A stretch of DNA of 64,000 nucleotides. It comes from Paragordius varius (taxonomy: Eukaryota; Animalia; Nematomorpha). This document shows positions 37,233 through 52,325 of the stretch, one piece after another. The position numbers and the translations under genes were made by a program. The DNA is taken from contig OZ176051.1 of the NCBI GenBank assembly GCA_964247055.1, forward strand, positions 4,402,001 to 4,466,000, in the 5' to 3' direction. Below the pieces are notes generated by a model. It saw only the letters and a list, made by a program, of their open reading frames with translations, was not told the origin of the DNA and did no database searches. Position 1 is the first letter of the stretch. Each line of letters opens with the position of its first letter.

Positions 37233-40200
37233 CACATTAATTAAATGATATATTTATATATACAATATTTACAAGAATAAATGCGAATAATAATAAAAAA
37301 ATTATAAACTAAAAATTAAAACAATGCACCGCCATTAATGAATGTATGTAAAACATTAATCCATTATTTAAACTTGGATTTTAGTCCTTCAATTCAAATT
37401 GGGGTAGTTAAATACCCCAGACCTGTTTATTAAATAATTTAAAAAAATAGAAGGAATCAAAACCATGGCAAAATTTTGCACCTATATAAAATTGATAAAC
37501 CGAAATATATAAAAAAATTTATTCAAAAATACTTAAATTTTTTTAATGTAAAACCCAAAGGTAGAAATTTAGTTTATGTAACATATGTGCATTGGTTAAA
37601 TTGAATAATAATACAAATTAAACCTTTCTATTTGTATCAATGTTAGATGTAATTATAATAAGAAATAAGCTTTAACTGTAAAGTTTGAATCAAATAACGT
37701 GATATTTTGCATAATAGTAAAATAAAAATGACGTCCAAGTAGTTTGACATGGAACTTTTCTTTTTCAAAACAAAATTCTATTTAGATATTTTGGCTTTTT
37801 TATATATTATTTATTAGGATGAAAGCATAAATATAAATTGGGACAGTTTTCTTCGGTAGTTTTTTAGAAATATCGATTTTATTTTAGTTTGGGGTATTTA
37901 GATACCCCAATTTGAAACGATGTTATAATATACGACAGTAAATTACATACATATAAAATTTGAAAAATAATATTATACCAAAACATAAGCTAACATTATG
38001 TTTTTCAAACATTTATTGATTACTTTTTTGCTTTTTTAAATTCTATTCTATTTTAAGAAACCTTATCAACACCATTATTTTCTCACTTTTTGTCCTGGTT
38101 TGTGATTGATGTGTATAACACCCAAAACCTGAATATTGTCAACATAGTCATTATTATCAAACATTGCATGTATTAGATATAAAAGCTAATATTTGTACGG
38201 TTTTGTGTAGAGATTAAAAATGGGGCAGCTCCAAAACACGATAGAAACGAACATCTAATATTGAAATATAATATATCAAATTTTTCTTTTAAAATGTAGC
38301 TTGAAATTATTAGATTATTTACATTTTTAATCTCCATACACATTTATTTGCCTGTTGCATTAGAAATATAAAATTTGTGGAAAAAAAGGCGGCAAAAAGG
38401 TTATCGGGATTTTTAGTTATAAATTAAAAAAATATTTTTTGTATAATGCGCCTAAAGGTTAAAAAAGCATGTTTTTTCATTTAAATATCTTTACTTTTTG
38501 GAATATTCAAACTTCATATCGCTTTGGTATATAATTTAACCTTAATATTCCATTACCTTTGGGGGTATACAGAGCGATTTTATGTTTGAATATCCCAAAA
38601 ATATTTTTGGTATATATCAAATTAGAAACATGCTTACTTTAGCCTTTTAGGTGATAAAATAATTTTCACTTAAAAATGTAAATTTTAAAAAAATCAGCAC
38701 TTTTTTGCCGCCATTTCAATTTTATAAAATCAACATAGCCACAAGGATATTATTATGGTTAGAATTTATAAATAATTAACTTTAAAGAGCTTTCAGGCTA
38801 CATTTTTCGGAAAGATTTTAATATCGGATGCTCCTTTCAATCGTGTTTTGGAGATGTTCCAATTTTAGACTCTAGTCACTAAAATAACATTTAAAACAGT
38901 TGTTTGTTTACATATTGACCTTTGGGATATAAAAACTGCCCTTATAAGGTAAACAAGGACAAAAAATTAAAAGGTAATGTAGTGCTAAATGATAATGGAG
39001 TGTTAAAATCAAAAATAAATTATATTTTTTATTTGAGATTATTTAACCCTTCGTTTCCTTTTGGAGTAGTTTTAAAAGCGAATATTGAATTTTTAAAATT
39101 AATTAAGGTATTCCTTTGTTTTAACACTTGGATATAACACATTCATTTTATTCATCCGATTCAAATTGGGGTAGTTGGATACCTCGATCCTGTTTAAAAT
39201 TAAATACTCCAAAAAACATGGATTGGAAACCATGGCATTTTATGAATGAAAATATAATTAAAAATCATTGGAAAATATTTGATATTACTTATTTTAGGGT
39301 AAAACCCAAATGTTAAAAATTAGTCAACATGACATGTGTGCATTACAAAATTTAAAAAATAATATAAAATACACCACTTTTTCTATTTCTATAATGTTAG
39401 TGAATTAAATAAAATTGGCTTAAAATTTAGCTTTAAAATTAAATAAACTAGATATTTTGCAAGAACATATTTACATTTCTATTTTTTCATACTTTGCAAT
39501 TTTAAACAAAAATGGCGTCCTTTTTTACAAAACTAAATTTTATTTAAATATTTTGGCTTATTTATATAATTTTCATCAGGATAGAAGCATAAATTTAAAA
39601 TGGGCCTGTTTTTTTATTACTTTTAATATTTCGTCTAGGGTATTTAGGTACCTCAATTTGAACTGAAGTGTTAAAACTGGTTTTTTAGCTTTTGCGCATT
39701 ATACAAAAAATTTAAAACAAAGTAAAATTGTAAAAAATCCTCATCTCAAATTTTTCCGCCATTTTTTTCTATTAATTTTTTTAACACTTCCCTACCTTTT
39801 CATATTTTGTCCTAATTTACATTTTGTTTAGTTTTATATCCCAAAGCTCAAAATTATAGTTGTAAAAGTTATTTTGTTAAAATTTAATTATCAAACAGTT
39901 CTTATGTTTAAGATAAAAAAATTACGGTTTTGTGACTTCAATAGTCTGTAGGACAGCTCCAAACGATTGAAACTAACAGATGATATTAAAATCATAATAT
40001 ATCAAGTTTTTGCTGGTAATATGTGGCATGTATTTTTAAAGTTAATTATTTACATTCAGTAACCATAATTTACATTTATATTCCTGTTGCATTCGCGATT
40101 TAAAAAATTTATAGAAAAAAATAGCATCAATAAGATGATGATTTTTTTACAATTTTACTTTTTTTAAACAATTTTTAGTATAATACGCCTATAAAGCTAA

Positions 40201-43200
40201 AGAGGGCATATGTTAAATTAGGCTTAATATCTTAAATACTTTTTACGATATTCAAATTTCAAATCGCTTTGGGATATAAAACCAACTCAAAGGGTATTGG
40301 AATGTTACAATCGCTAATACAGGCAAATTTATTGTTAGAAAATGTAAATAATTAACATTAATTGATTTCAGGCTATATTTTACCAGCAAAAACTTGATAC
40401 ATATTAATTTTAATATCAGCTAATCGTTTGAATCGTGTTTTCGAGTTGTCCCAATTTTAGACTCCAGAATTCCCAAAATTAAAATATAAGCATTGTTATC
40501 TAATACATTAAATGTTTGATAATTAAATTTTAACTAAAATAACCTTTAAAACTGTAGTTTATTTACAAAATTGAGCTATGGGATATAAAGCTACACCAAT
40601 ATGTAAACTAGGGTAAAAAAGTTTATAGGTAATAAAGTGTTGTATTATGGGTTAGTCCTTATCATTTTAAAAAATTGTTTCTGAGCAATAGTAAATAATT
40701 TAATTGGTCATTCTTTTTCACAGTAACAAATATATTCCTATTTGCAAAACACTTGACAGGATAAATTCACCGGTATTGAACTGGCTAAGGTTATAGAATG
40801 CATGTTAACATACATACCCAACAAAAAATAATATTGAAATAACACTTAACCTTTTAATTTATTTTAATTGATCACCTTTTGGGGTATTTTTGTACTCCAA
40901 AGGTGAATTTGTATAACTATTGTTTTAATGGGTTTTGATAAATTTTATTGATTAACATTGTCTCTTGTATTTTAGATAAGAAAGCTTATATTTTTACAGT
41001 TTCCAAATTATAGTGTACCAAATCTGGATCCCAGATTAAAACAAACCGCTCATTGTAAAATAAATATGAAGTATTTGCTAATAAAATGCAAATAAAAAGT
41101 CAAAACTTACACAACTTTTTACCATGATCCATTTATTTGCTGTTGCATAGCGATTTTGAATAATCCAAAAAGGCAGTCCAAAGTTTGAGATGAGGATATT
41201 TTTCAATTTTAGATATTGTAAAAAAAATCAGGCGCCCAAAAGGCTAAAGAATGCATACTTTTAAATTTGAGCCAATATCAATACCTTTGATGTAGACTTC
41301 ACCCCAAAACGATTTTGTTTTCGAATAAATTCATGTTTCTTTTGAACCTTTTGGCTACGAGATCACATTTTTTGGAATATTTACCTTATTGTTAATTTGA
41401 TGAGAAGATAATATAAGAAACGTGAAATGATTTTAATTCGGTTTTTTTTGTGGTTTATATATACTAATTTTAGGTGTACATTTGCATTATAACAATAAAA
41501 TTTCAAGTAACAAAGGATATATTATTTACATAGTACCAAAAAATATAAAAATAATACAATTCAAATCTCACAAAAATTATGATATACAACCAAAGTATAT
41601 ATTTCATATTTGCATGTAACATCAAATCTCACAGAAAATTATGATATACAACCAAAGTATATACTTCAAATTTGCATGTAACATCACTTCACTCTTAGGG
41701 GAAATAATACTAGTTTGAATGATAATACATGTTTTGGGTGTGTCGACGAATGTTTGCATAAGGTACATCATAGTTTGAAAGATAACATCACGTGTTGTGT
41801 GTCGACGAATCATTTAATCTATGCCTCACTCCATCCTGGACCATTTCTTGTTAAACTGGTCCAGTCGCACTGAAATATTATCGGCGCTGTGGGGAATCTG
41901 AACGATCTCCTTTTGTAACGGCAAATCCTCTTTGCATTGAAATCGTAGAGGGGTGTAGCGACTCTTTAGCTCGGCCTGGGGAGGTAGGCGTACTGATCAA
42001 TCTTGTTAAAAGCTTGTCCGCGCCAATCTAACTTACCCAACCATCAAATGTTGAATGATGTGGGAGTCCTCCGCAGCCATTTGTTGATAATGATCCCAGA
42101 GTCGCTATAGATTCTTAGCCCGTTCGCTTTCAGTGCACTGGCGGTTGAACATATTTTTGGCAGTGTTTTTTAATCTACATTAGCGAATTGGTTGGGTTTT
42201 CCGCATTTGCAATTGCGGTTCCAGGCGGGACATTTGCTTGGCCCATGAACACTCCCATAACCCTTGCGCGAATGTGTCAGAGGTTTTGATTGTTGTGATC
42301 GATTATAATTATTACCATTGCTATAATTGGTATTATCATTATATTTTTTTTTGATGGACATTTTGGTGATATTGGCAATTGACATTGTCATGCTTGTTGC
42401 ACTTTCTCTCCGAGTTTGGAACCCGGTGGTGTTATGTTAGATTTGTTGTTAGATTAGTTCGGATTCGCTTGGCTACTAGATGTTAATTTGAAAAGAAGAA
42501 AATATAAGAAACGTGAAATGATTTTTATTCGGTTTTTTTGTGGTTTATATATACTAATTTTAGGTGTACATAATTTGCATTATAACAATAAAATTTCAAG
42601 TAACAAAGGATATAATATTTACATAGTACCAAAAAAATATAAAAATAATACAATTCAAATCTCACAAAAAATTATGATATACAACCAAAGTATATATTTC
42701 AAATTTGCATGTAACACTTATCAAGTAATATTTATCATAAATACACAAATTTAATAAAGTTTCTCTATTTTTAATATGTCAAATTTTATTTATCATAAAT
42801 TGTATCCACAAAAATATCCTGATATATACAGTATGCATTTTAATGGTTGCCTATTTCACACGATAGTAGGGTTTGTAACACAGGAGTTTATGGAAAAAAT
42901 AAAGGAAATAATTGTTTGTTCAACATTTTGTTGTTTTTTTCCATACACTAATGAATTGAAAATTGCCCTACGATAGTGTGCAATAAAAACCATTAAAATG
43001 CTAAATGTATATTCTGATAGAGAAATATATCAGTTTCATGATGCTTTTGGTGTGATTTAGGGAAGTTATTTATACGTTTGTGGTAAGTGCTCCATATCAG
43101 TAAATGGCGAAATTTGCGACATTTTTTTAAAACAATTTTTTTTGGTGAAAGCTAAATGTTTTTTTACAAAAAATATCACTAAGATATACAGAGCAAAAAA

Positions 43201-46200
43201 ACCTGTTAACGTATATATTTTATAACAGGAAGATGTATTTGGATTATCATGGTGCTTTTGTGGCCCTTACTAGTTATATAAAAAAGTTATTTACACTTTT
43301 GTGATGCTCATCAGAAAATGGCAAATGCAGATTTTCTTAATATTTTTTTAGTAAAAATTTCCAAAAAATACTATATAACATAAGTAAAAAAATTTTCAAA
43401 AAATTTAATTTTTAAATGGGTGCTTAGAAAGTCCCAGATTTTGCTCTTGTAAAATGGGCTAGTTCTCTATAAACACAAAAATGCCGGGTATTAGCGATAT
43501 AAATTCTAAATATATGGTAAAAACTAAAAATTTAGAAAATGATTACTTTTTTCAAATATTTAATTTTTAGCAAAATTTCATTCAAGCCTACTTGCTAGTT
43601 TGAGGCATGCTGGAAACAAAACGGTTTAAGATATTATAAAATACTTTTTCTATATAATTAAATGATGCTGAAAATTTCTAAATTCGTTCGTCTTTAAATT
43701 TATGTAAAATATAAACTGTGTTTTCTACTCAACAAAAATGAATAAAATGCATTGTCAAAGCTAAAACCATCCCATGAATGTAATAGGCTCCGATCACTAT
43801 TTTGTGACAATTAAAATTAAGTTTAGGTTGAAAGCTAAATTACACCAAAAATGTAATAAGCATTTTGACTTTTCCAAGTGAATAATGAATTTAAATACTA
43901 TTCTTCCAGATAATATAGATTATCTGGACGCCAACGACCACTGGCTTAGGACCATAACAGCAATCAATGAACTGATTCTCATTTCCCACTTTATAGAAAA
44001 CATCCCAACATTTTGAATTGTATGATTCTCTTGTTTTAGCTACCAAAAGCAGATTAGTCAAAATAAATAACAATATTACTGAATACCGGTATATACTCGC
44101 AATTCAAAAGATAATCCAGAAATGACATCAATGTTGACTATCTTGCGATTTGTAAGACTTAAAACTTGCTAATTCTAAAGGCGAGAATATATAGGAAAAA
44201 GTACATTTGTTAGTCCTTTTCAACTCCCTCAATCTGCAGGGCATCAGCGATTCCGACAACGTAATATTAACAAAAAAACATGATGTAATTAAACTTTGGG
44301 ATAAATTTGGAGCTTTTCTTTATTGTGATGACCAAACTAACCAAATTCATCCTCAAGATAATACATAAACGAATTTCAACCATGCTTGATTGTGAAATTT
44401 CTGTTGTACAAGCTAGCCTAGCGAAACACTACAAATCACATAGATAATAGTTATATTATAATTCAGAGATATAAATTCGGAAGTTAATACTGCTGTTTTT
44501 TGGGCTCCAGTATGGCATTAGACACAGTTAACGAGAATAGAAGATTTTATAATCTTCCGGAGTTTTCTCTCATATAATTCTTTGGTTGCAATCGTGTTAT
44601 TCCCAAACAGCTGCTATCAAAACACAATACGGTCCCACCGACTGGCTCCCTATAATATTGTTAGAGAGATATGCGCCTTACTCACCTGTTCAACTTATAC
44701 ACTAAATCTTTAATGTGCAATTGTAAACTTTCCAAACATAATGCAGGGCGCATCTGATGTTTTACTCTTCGCAATCTCCGGTACGCCGACGATACGGTTT
44801 TTTTGATAGAATCACACCCGGAAATGATTTATTACTACCGTCGAAGCAATTTTGATGGGTCAGAAGCTAGCTATAAATATATTATCCTCAACGTCCCCAG
44901 TTACCATTATCGCTCAATTCCTCCTCTATCGAAACCGATACTACAAGTATTTAGGTATAATTGAATCGACGGCAGTTTAGATCCCAACACAGGCTGTTTA
45001 TAATTGGAACTCCTCTGTCACAAGAGTTTCAACCAAAGTAGCCATTCTAATGGTGATAGTTTACCCAGTCGCTATTTACGGGTCTGAATCATGGGGATGT
45101 AAATCTACCGACGAAGCCCGCATTAACTCATTTCAACTGTGGTGCTTCCGGAAAGTTTTGGTATCTCCTGGACTATGATTAATATATACTTCCTCGAACC
45201 AGAATTTTGGCTTTATGATCTGGTAATCTACAGACATATAAATCTCGGCCATTTTCTAAGATCCGATTCTCTTTAAAAAACATTCTCCTTGGGTCGATTG
45301 TACTCGCAAAAAAGGCGGCCCTAAAAAGAGCTGGCTCGATATCCTAAAATCAGTTACAAACCTTACCTTTTTCCAAACAATTCGAAAATCTCAAGATCGT
45401 ATGGAATGGAAAACGCTTATTTGAGAGAAAGCTAAGAGTCGCTGCGCGACTAGATTCTAGCATACACAGATAGCTAAAAGCTTAGAATAATAATTAATAA
45501 TGTAATGAAAATTTCGTAAAACTTTATAGGCAAAATTATTTATTATAACTTGGATTGCATTTTCTTGCACATTACATAAAATAATAATTTAGGTAAAGAA
45601 AAACGCTTCTATTTTGTTAAGAGCACAGATTATCTTGCATAGAATTTTTTAAAATGATATATTGATATTCAAATTACCAAAATTTTTTATTTCTTACGCA
45701 TAATGCATTTTGAGTCTATTATTATTGAACATGACCAGGGGTGTCCAACACGCGGTCTGTAGGCCGCATACCGCCCTCCAATATGTGCGGCCCGCGAAAA
45801 ATTTCTAAATTAAATAAATACAAAATTTTGCAAAAATATGCTGATAAATATCAGTAAAATTGATATTTTTTGAACGAATCGGAATAAGTCCTATCGATTG
45901 GCAAAGAACTAGAAAAAAATTGGAGTAAATAGTACTTATATTGTGTTTGCCTTTTCACAGTTTTATGTCAAAAAATTATTAATGACCATATATTTTTCTA
46001 AGCGGCCCCGATGAGTTGGACACCCCTGATGAAAACTATGATATTAGAGCGCAAAAATTAGTTTAGCATTTCGTGCGCAAAGTAAGTAAAATAGCAAAAG
46101 ACCCCTTATACAAAAAGTAAACATAAAATGTTACACTCACATATAATTATTCAAGCCAATTAATAAAATTATATTATTAGCTATACTTAAACGAATTTGG

Positions 46201-49200
46201 GGGCTATATAAAAAAATTTTAGTACAAAATATAAAGAAGCCAGCCTTTTGTTTTAGTAGTTAATGACAAAGAAAAAAAATTAACCTATGATATTGTGCTT
46301 TTTGTTGGGATATAATTTACCCAAATGTTATCCGTTAAAAATTACATAGTTTATAAATATATAAGTTCTTTATTAATAATTATAAACTAATCATAATGAC
46401 TTTTGCAATTAGAAAATATTAAAATGTTTAAGATTAAAAATTTATAATGATATAGGTATAAAAATAAATTACATTGCCGATATAAAATCAAAAAATTGGC
46501 AGATTTCAGAAGGTCTTCTTTCAAATGCATGGATAGGGGGGGCGTACCAATAACTACTGTTACTTTTCAAGAACTTTGCGATGGAGATCCAATTTCTTTT
46601 ACATGGTTTCTTAACCCTAATTTAAATTGATTATACCTTTTTGAAATGTTTTATAACTTTTAAATAATTGGTGAAACAGGCACAGAGCACAATTTTCTTT
46701 AAAGCAGCTTTCCAATTTATGTCCATATATTTATGATAAATCGTTTCACTTACGTTTTAAAATACAAGAAATGAACTGTGTCAACTTGATGTTTGTTTTT
46801 TACAAATAATGTAATGCGTTATTAGGTGCATTAAATAAAATATTCAAAAATTTTAGCATAATATAAATGGAGATTATCTAATTAATGTGCTTCTCATCTT
46901 AAAATAATCGAAAAAAACCGCGATTTGGCATGAAAAATTTAAATATGTGAATTTTTCCCTATTAATTAAATAAGAATATGAATATGATTAAGTAAAAGGC
47001 GGGCGGAAAAAACTATAACCGGCGTAACCAATTATAATCATTAAAGTTAACACCATAGACAGAATTTTTTACGCTTGCTCACCAAATCAGGCCTTCTTGC
47101 AAAAAAAGGCATTCAAAATGACGAACTGTGTCGAATATTCGGAAGTGGCCAATATACAGTGGTGGATCTACGGGGAGGATTATCTAAAAATACCAGTATA
47201 TAAGCAAACAGAAAATTACAATAATTGCCATTCTGAACACAACTAACACAGTGTCTACAAATAAATAGGCTGATGAAATATATATATTCGGATAGGAAAA
47301 TGTATCAGGACTATCATGGTCCGTTTAGTTTACCATTTTAAGAGTGATTTAAGAAAGTTTTTTACCCTTTTGTGGTAAATGCGCCATATCAAAAATTAGC
47401 AAAATCTGCGCACATTGTTCAAAATAAAATATTTTCGGTAAAAGGTAGAGGCTTCATTCCAAAAAATATCATTAAAATATATAATAAACTATATTTAAAA
47501 AGCAAAACAATATATTTTAGGTTTTAGTTTTTAGGGCTCCAAAAGTTTCACATTTTTTTGCTTTGTTATTTCTTATAAAATAAACGCATGAATTTAAATA
47601 ATATGGTAAATTTTGATAGCATAGTTTTATTTATAACTTTTATTACTAGTAAAATTTTGTTGTACATACTTCACACATTTTTAAGCCATACGCGTTAAGA
47701 TATTATGAAAACAACTTGTCTATATAAATCGGTAATGCTGAACATTTATATCACCTGAGAATTTCGTCTTCAAATTTATGTCAAATACAAATTGTGTTTT
47801 TTTTTCAAAATAAAATTTTAAGACAAAACCTTTAATTTTGGAGTGATAGAAATGTTCAGTGTCATCAAAGTATATAGAAAAATTTAATATCTTAAGTGAC
47901 GTAGGCTGTAACATTGTTGAAAATTAAATTTTCAAAAAATTAATTTTTGAAAAATATATTTTTGATATTTAGCATATATTTAAAATTTTAATCGGGCGAT
48001 TTCGGTTTTTGGCTCATATTTAAAGAAAGTCAACTATCTGATGGAAAAATAAAAAAATTTTTATTATGTTTTTTATTTGTAATTTATGATATATTTTAGT
48101 GATATTCTTTGGAATGAGGCATTTAGTTTTCACCAAAAAATATACACTTCCTTAGCTTTTTACTATATTGTCCTAGTTTATATATTGGGGTAGTTTTGTA
48201 TACCAGAGCTTAATTTTGAGATAAACTGCAGTTTTGAAAGCTATTATAGTTAATATTTAATAAATCGTTCTCAAATATTAGATAAAAATGTTTTACTTTT
48301 TACAGCTTTGTGACTTCTAGATTATAAAACTGGAATAGCTAAACACGATTATAACGAACAGTTGATATTTAACAAGCTATAAAAAAATTTATCGAAAAAA
48401 ATTGCGGCAAATAGTTTGTATAATTTTTCATTTTTTTGAAATTTTTTTTTTGGATAACGCGCCCAAAAGGCTAAAGAAAGTATATCAAACACTTCGATAC
48501 AAATTGAGGTATTTAAATATCCCAGACTAAATTTAAATTAATATTTTAAAAAAACTACTGAAGGAAACGGTCCCAATTTAAATTTATGGTATGCTTCTAT
48601 CCTAATAAAAATTATATAAATATGCCAAAATATCCAAACAAAATTTTGTTTTGAAAAAAATTCTATGTCAAACAACTTCGACGCCATTTTTATTTTACAA
48701 AATTTTTGGCAAAATATCGTCCTCATTTTAGGGTTATAATAAAGGATAATTTTTTATTTAAATTAAATCTAACATATATAGAAAAAGAAAAAGCGGTTTT
48801 ATTTAAATTATTTATGTTTACGATTTCACACATGTCACGTAGACAAATTTTTTACCTTTCGGGTTTATAAAATAAGTAATATTAAATATTTTTGAATAAA
48901 ATTTTTTATAATTCGGTTATTAATGCTATATAAGTGCAAAATTTTGCCATGGTTTCGATTCCTCCCATATTTTTAAAATATTTGATTTTGAACTGGCCTG
49001 GGTTATCCAACTACCCCAATTAAAATCGGAAGACTAAAATGAGTGTGTTGTATCCAAGTGTTAATTCGGCTTTATACCTTAAATACTATTTAAAATATTT
49101 AAATTTCGAAGCTCCACGATATAATAAAAGAAAATAGAGTGTTAAATAAATGTCAAATGCCAGTATCTAAGATAGAGCAGCTACCACTAAAGTGTAAATA

Positions 49201-50874
49201 ACTTTCTTGAATCACTAGTAGGGGCCAAAATAAAAAGCACTATAATCCAATATATTTTTCTTCAGAATATATATTACCGGAGTATTTTTTGTGGAGTACC
49301 ATTATCTCTTCATTCTTTTTAAAGATCCAAAGCCTTCAAATATAATTAAATCTTTTGTAATAGTCGTAACACTTAATGACCTTTTGGAGTAGTTTTATAT
49401 CCCAGAGCGATTCGAAATCTTCTCAATATCTAAAAAAGTATTTGTATTATGCCGAATCCAAAAATATGCTTTCTTCAGCTTTTAAGACACATGCTTAACA
49501 CTTTGATTCAAATTGGGGGATCTAAATACCCCGACAATTTAAATTGATATTTTTATAAAACTACTGAAAGAAACGGTTCCATATAGATTTATGCTTCGAT
49601 CCTAATAAAAATTATATAAATAAGCCAAAATATTTAAAAAAATTTAGTTAGGAAAAAAAGTTCCCTATCAACTTGGAACTCATATTTATTTTACAATATT
49701 TTTGCAAAATATTGTGTTTATTTGATTCTTAGCCTAAAATTAAGTTTACATTTTTATTAAAATCACATTTAACGTTGATATAAACAGAAAAAGTGGCATA
49801 CTTGGCATTATTTTTGTATTTGCTTATGCACACATGTCATCTTGACTAAATTATTATTCGGTTTTACTCCTGGATAAGTACTATCAAGTATATTTGAATA
49901 AATTTTTTATTATATTTCGGTTCATTAAATATGAGTACCAACCTTTGCCAGGTTTAATTTATTTCTTATTTTTTAAGCTATTTATTTTTAAACAAGTCTG
50001 GGGTATCTAACTACCCCAATTTGAATCAAAGTACTGAAATGAATGCCTTGGATACAAGTGTTAAAAATATTTTAAGAAATATGTACAAGTGTAAGGGAAT
50101 CCTCATTCAAACTTTTTCGCTGAATTTATTTTCTTTATATTGTTTTAAATCGCTAATGCAAAAGCGAACAAATATATAGGGTTAGAAAATGTAATAATTA
50201 ACTTTTGCAAGCTTTAAGGTTACATCAGCAATATTTATTTCGAAATGAGCTGTTTATTTCAATGTTTTGGAGTTGTTCCAATTTAGACACCAGAAGCCAC
50301 AAAACTGGAAAAAAATTAAGCTTTTTTATCTAATACACAACAACAATGTTTAATAATGAATATTTAACCAAAATAACTTTCAAAACAGTAGTATATTTAC
50401 AAGATGAGTTTTGGAATCTCGGAATTTTCTAATAGATTGCGGACAAAAAGGTTAAACGGTCAGGAAGAGTTAATTTAGAGTTAAGCAACGAATAATTTAA
50501 TCAAAAATAATTGATAATAGTGTTTAGCATTATTAAATTCTGCAGAAAAAAATGAATATCGTTTCCATAGCCTTAAAATAGCGAAGTAGCGCCACATTCC
50601 GATATATAAATTTCAAAATACCTTCAATTATTTTTTATCGTTATTCAATAGCGGTTTTTGTGCTTATTTTTATAGTTTTGGCGGACATATGGGATGTACA
50701 AAAATTATAGTATATATTAATATTGTTTCATTTCAAATATAGTAATGATATAATATATTCTCCATTTGTAAAAAGGCTCTTAACTACAAGAATAACATAA
50801 ACTCTATTTTTCAAATCATACGTAGCGAAATAAAAATATAAAACAGCTTACCACTTTTGAGTTTGCTTTTTGAG

Positions 50875-52282
50875 ATGTCTCCTTTGTTTATATTTTTACT
50901 AGCACTTATTATCCCTGTTAAATCAGATAATAATTTTGACGCTCATGCGCTTTCAATTTACATAAATAATCTTGAAACTACATGGAAGGTTTATTTTTTA
51001 TAAGTAAAGGCTTATCCCTTTTTTCACAATACCAGTTATGCTGACATTGAAGGTTTAATGGGCGTTATAGATACTGGTCATAAATTAACTCTGGGAAAAC
51101 CTTTACATGACTTGTCATATATCTTCAATGATTTGCCAAAAAATTTTGACAGTCGCCAACAATGGCCAAATTGCCCAACAATTAAAGAAGTTAGAGATCA
51201 AGGATCTTGTGGGTCATGTTGGGTAAGTATAATTAATATATAATTTTGAATATTTATTTATATTATTCCATTTTTTTAATTGTGTATCTTTTAGGCGTTT
51301 GGAGCTGTAGAGGCTATGTCGGATCGCATCTGTATAAATAGTAATGGAACTGTAAATGCACACATTTCAGCCGAGGATTTATTGTCGTGTTGTAAGAACT
51401 GTGGTTATGGGTAAATATCTCTATTTTTACAACTTTAGAGTCGTTAAAAAGTATAATTAATTTTTGGAAAATGTTTGGTATTTGACACATTTTACATGAG
51501 ATTTACTTAAATTAATATGCCTTAATAATCTCGATTCGCTATTATTAATGGTTTTAAATGATTTGTCTCAATGTATACTTTTAAACATATAACATAAATT
51601 ATATATAAAACTTAGTTGTAATGGTGGTGTACCCGGTTTAGCCTGGGAATATTATAAGAAATTTGGACTTGTAACCGGAGGTCAATACGGTTCTCATACT
51701 GGCTGTCTCCCCTATGAAATACCTAAATGTGAACATCACACTACTGGTCAATATTTTTTAATTTATAATTTGAATAACTTATAAACAAGATTTTTCATAA
51801 AAGTTGGAAAGTTTTTAATCTTTGAAAAGGTTAATAATTATTTTATAATATATTGGTTAATGTATCGTAATACAATTATTATTTGAATGATATTTTTAAT
51901 TTTTGATATAAAGAATGCTAAATAGACTATTTTGCTACAAGCTACGCATTTTGTTATTTTTTTGCAATATATTTTTATAATTTATAAATATTATAATAAA
52001 TACTTGTTTTGTAAAAGTATTAGAAATTAATAAATAATTTGTATGGTTTGTTTGTTTTGTTAAATAATATCGCCAAATATTAAAAGTCATTTTTTGCAAA
52101 TATAAATTGTGATTTACAAAAATATTTCTCATTGTTCGACTGTATATCCATAGCTTTCATATAGTGCAACTTTTTTGCAATTATATAATTAACATTTAGA
52201 AATGGTAAAGTTTAATTTCATTGATCATTTACTCATAACAATTATTTATGTTAGAGTGAGCGCAATATGTAGTTATCATTTA

Positions 52283-52325
<43 letters not shown>

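Larger units (their letters stand above)
16046..51755 (+). repeat. Near-identical 17,755-bp direct duplication (16046-33800 = 34001-51755)
   Basis: Every ORF pair in the track is offset by exactly 17955; the only difference I noticed is A21093 versus C39048. Confidence 0.97.

Noticed and set aside
50989-51009. Stop-codon reassignment (TAA read as an amino acid) instead of a 21-nt intron
   Set aside because: The 26- and 25-nt cases are frameshifting, and about 1300 codons of an AT-rich gene contain no in-frame TAA, which reassignment would predict.
16046-51755. Real tandem duplication giving two cathepsin B and two UBAP2L genes
   Set aside because: Both junctions are standard-length gaps, the flanks abut at one base, and the copies are nearly identical, so an assembly artefact is far more likely.
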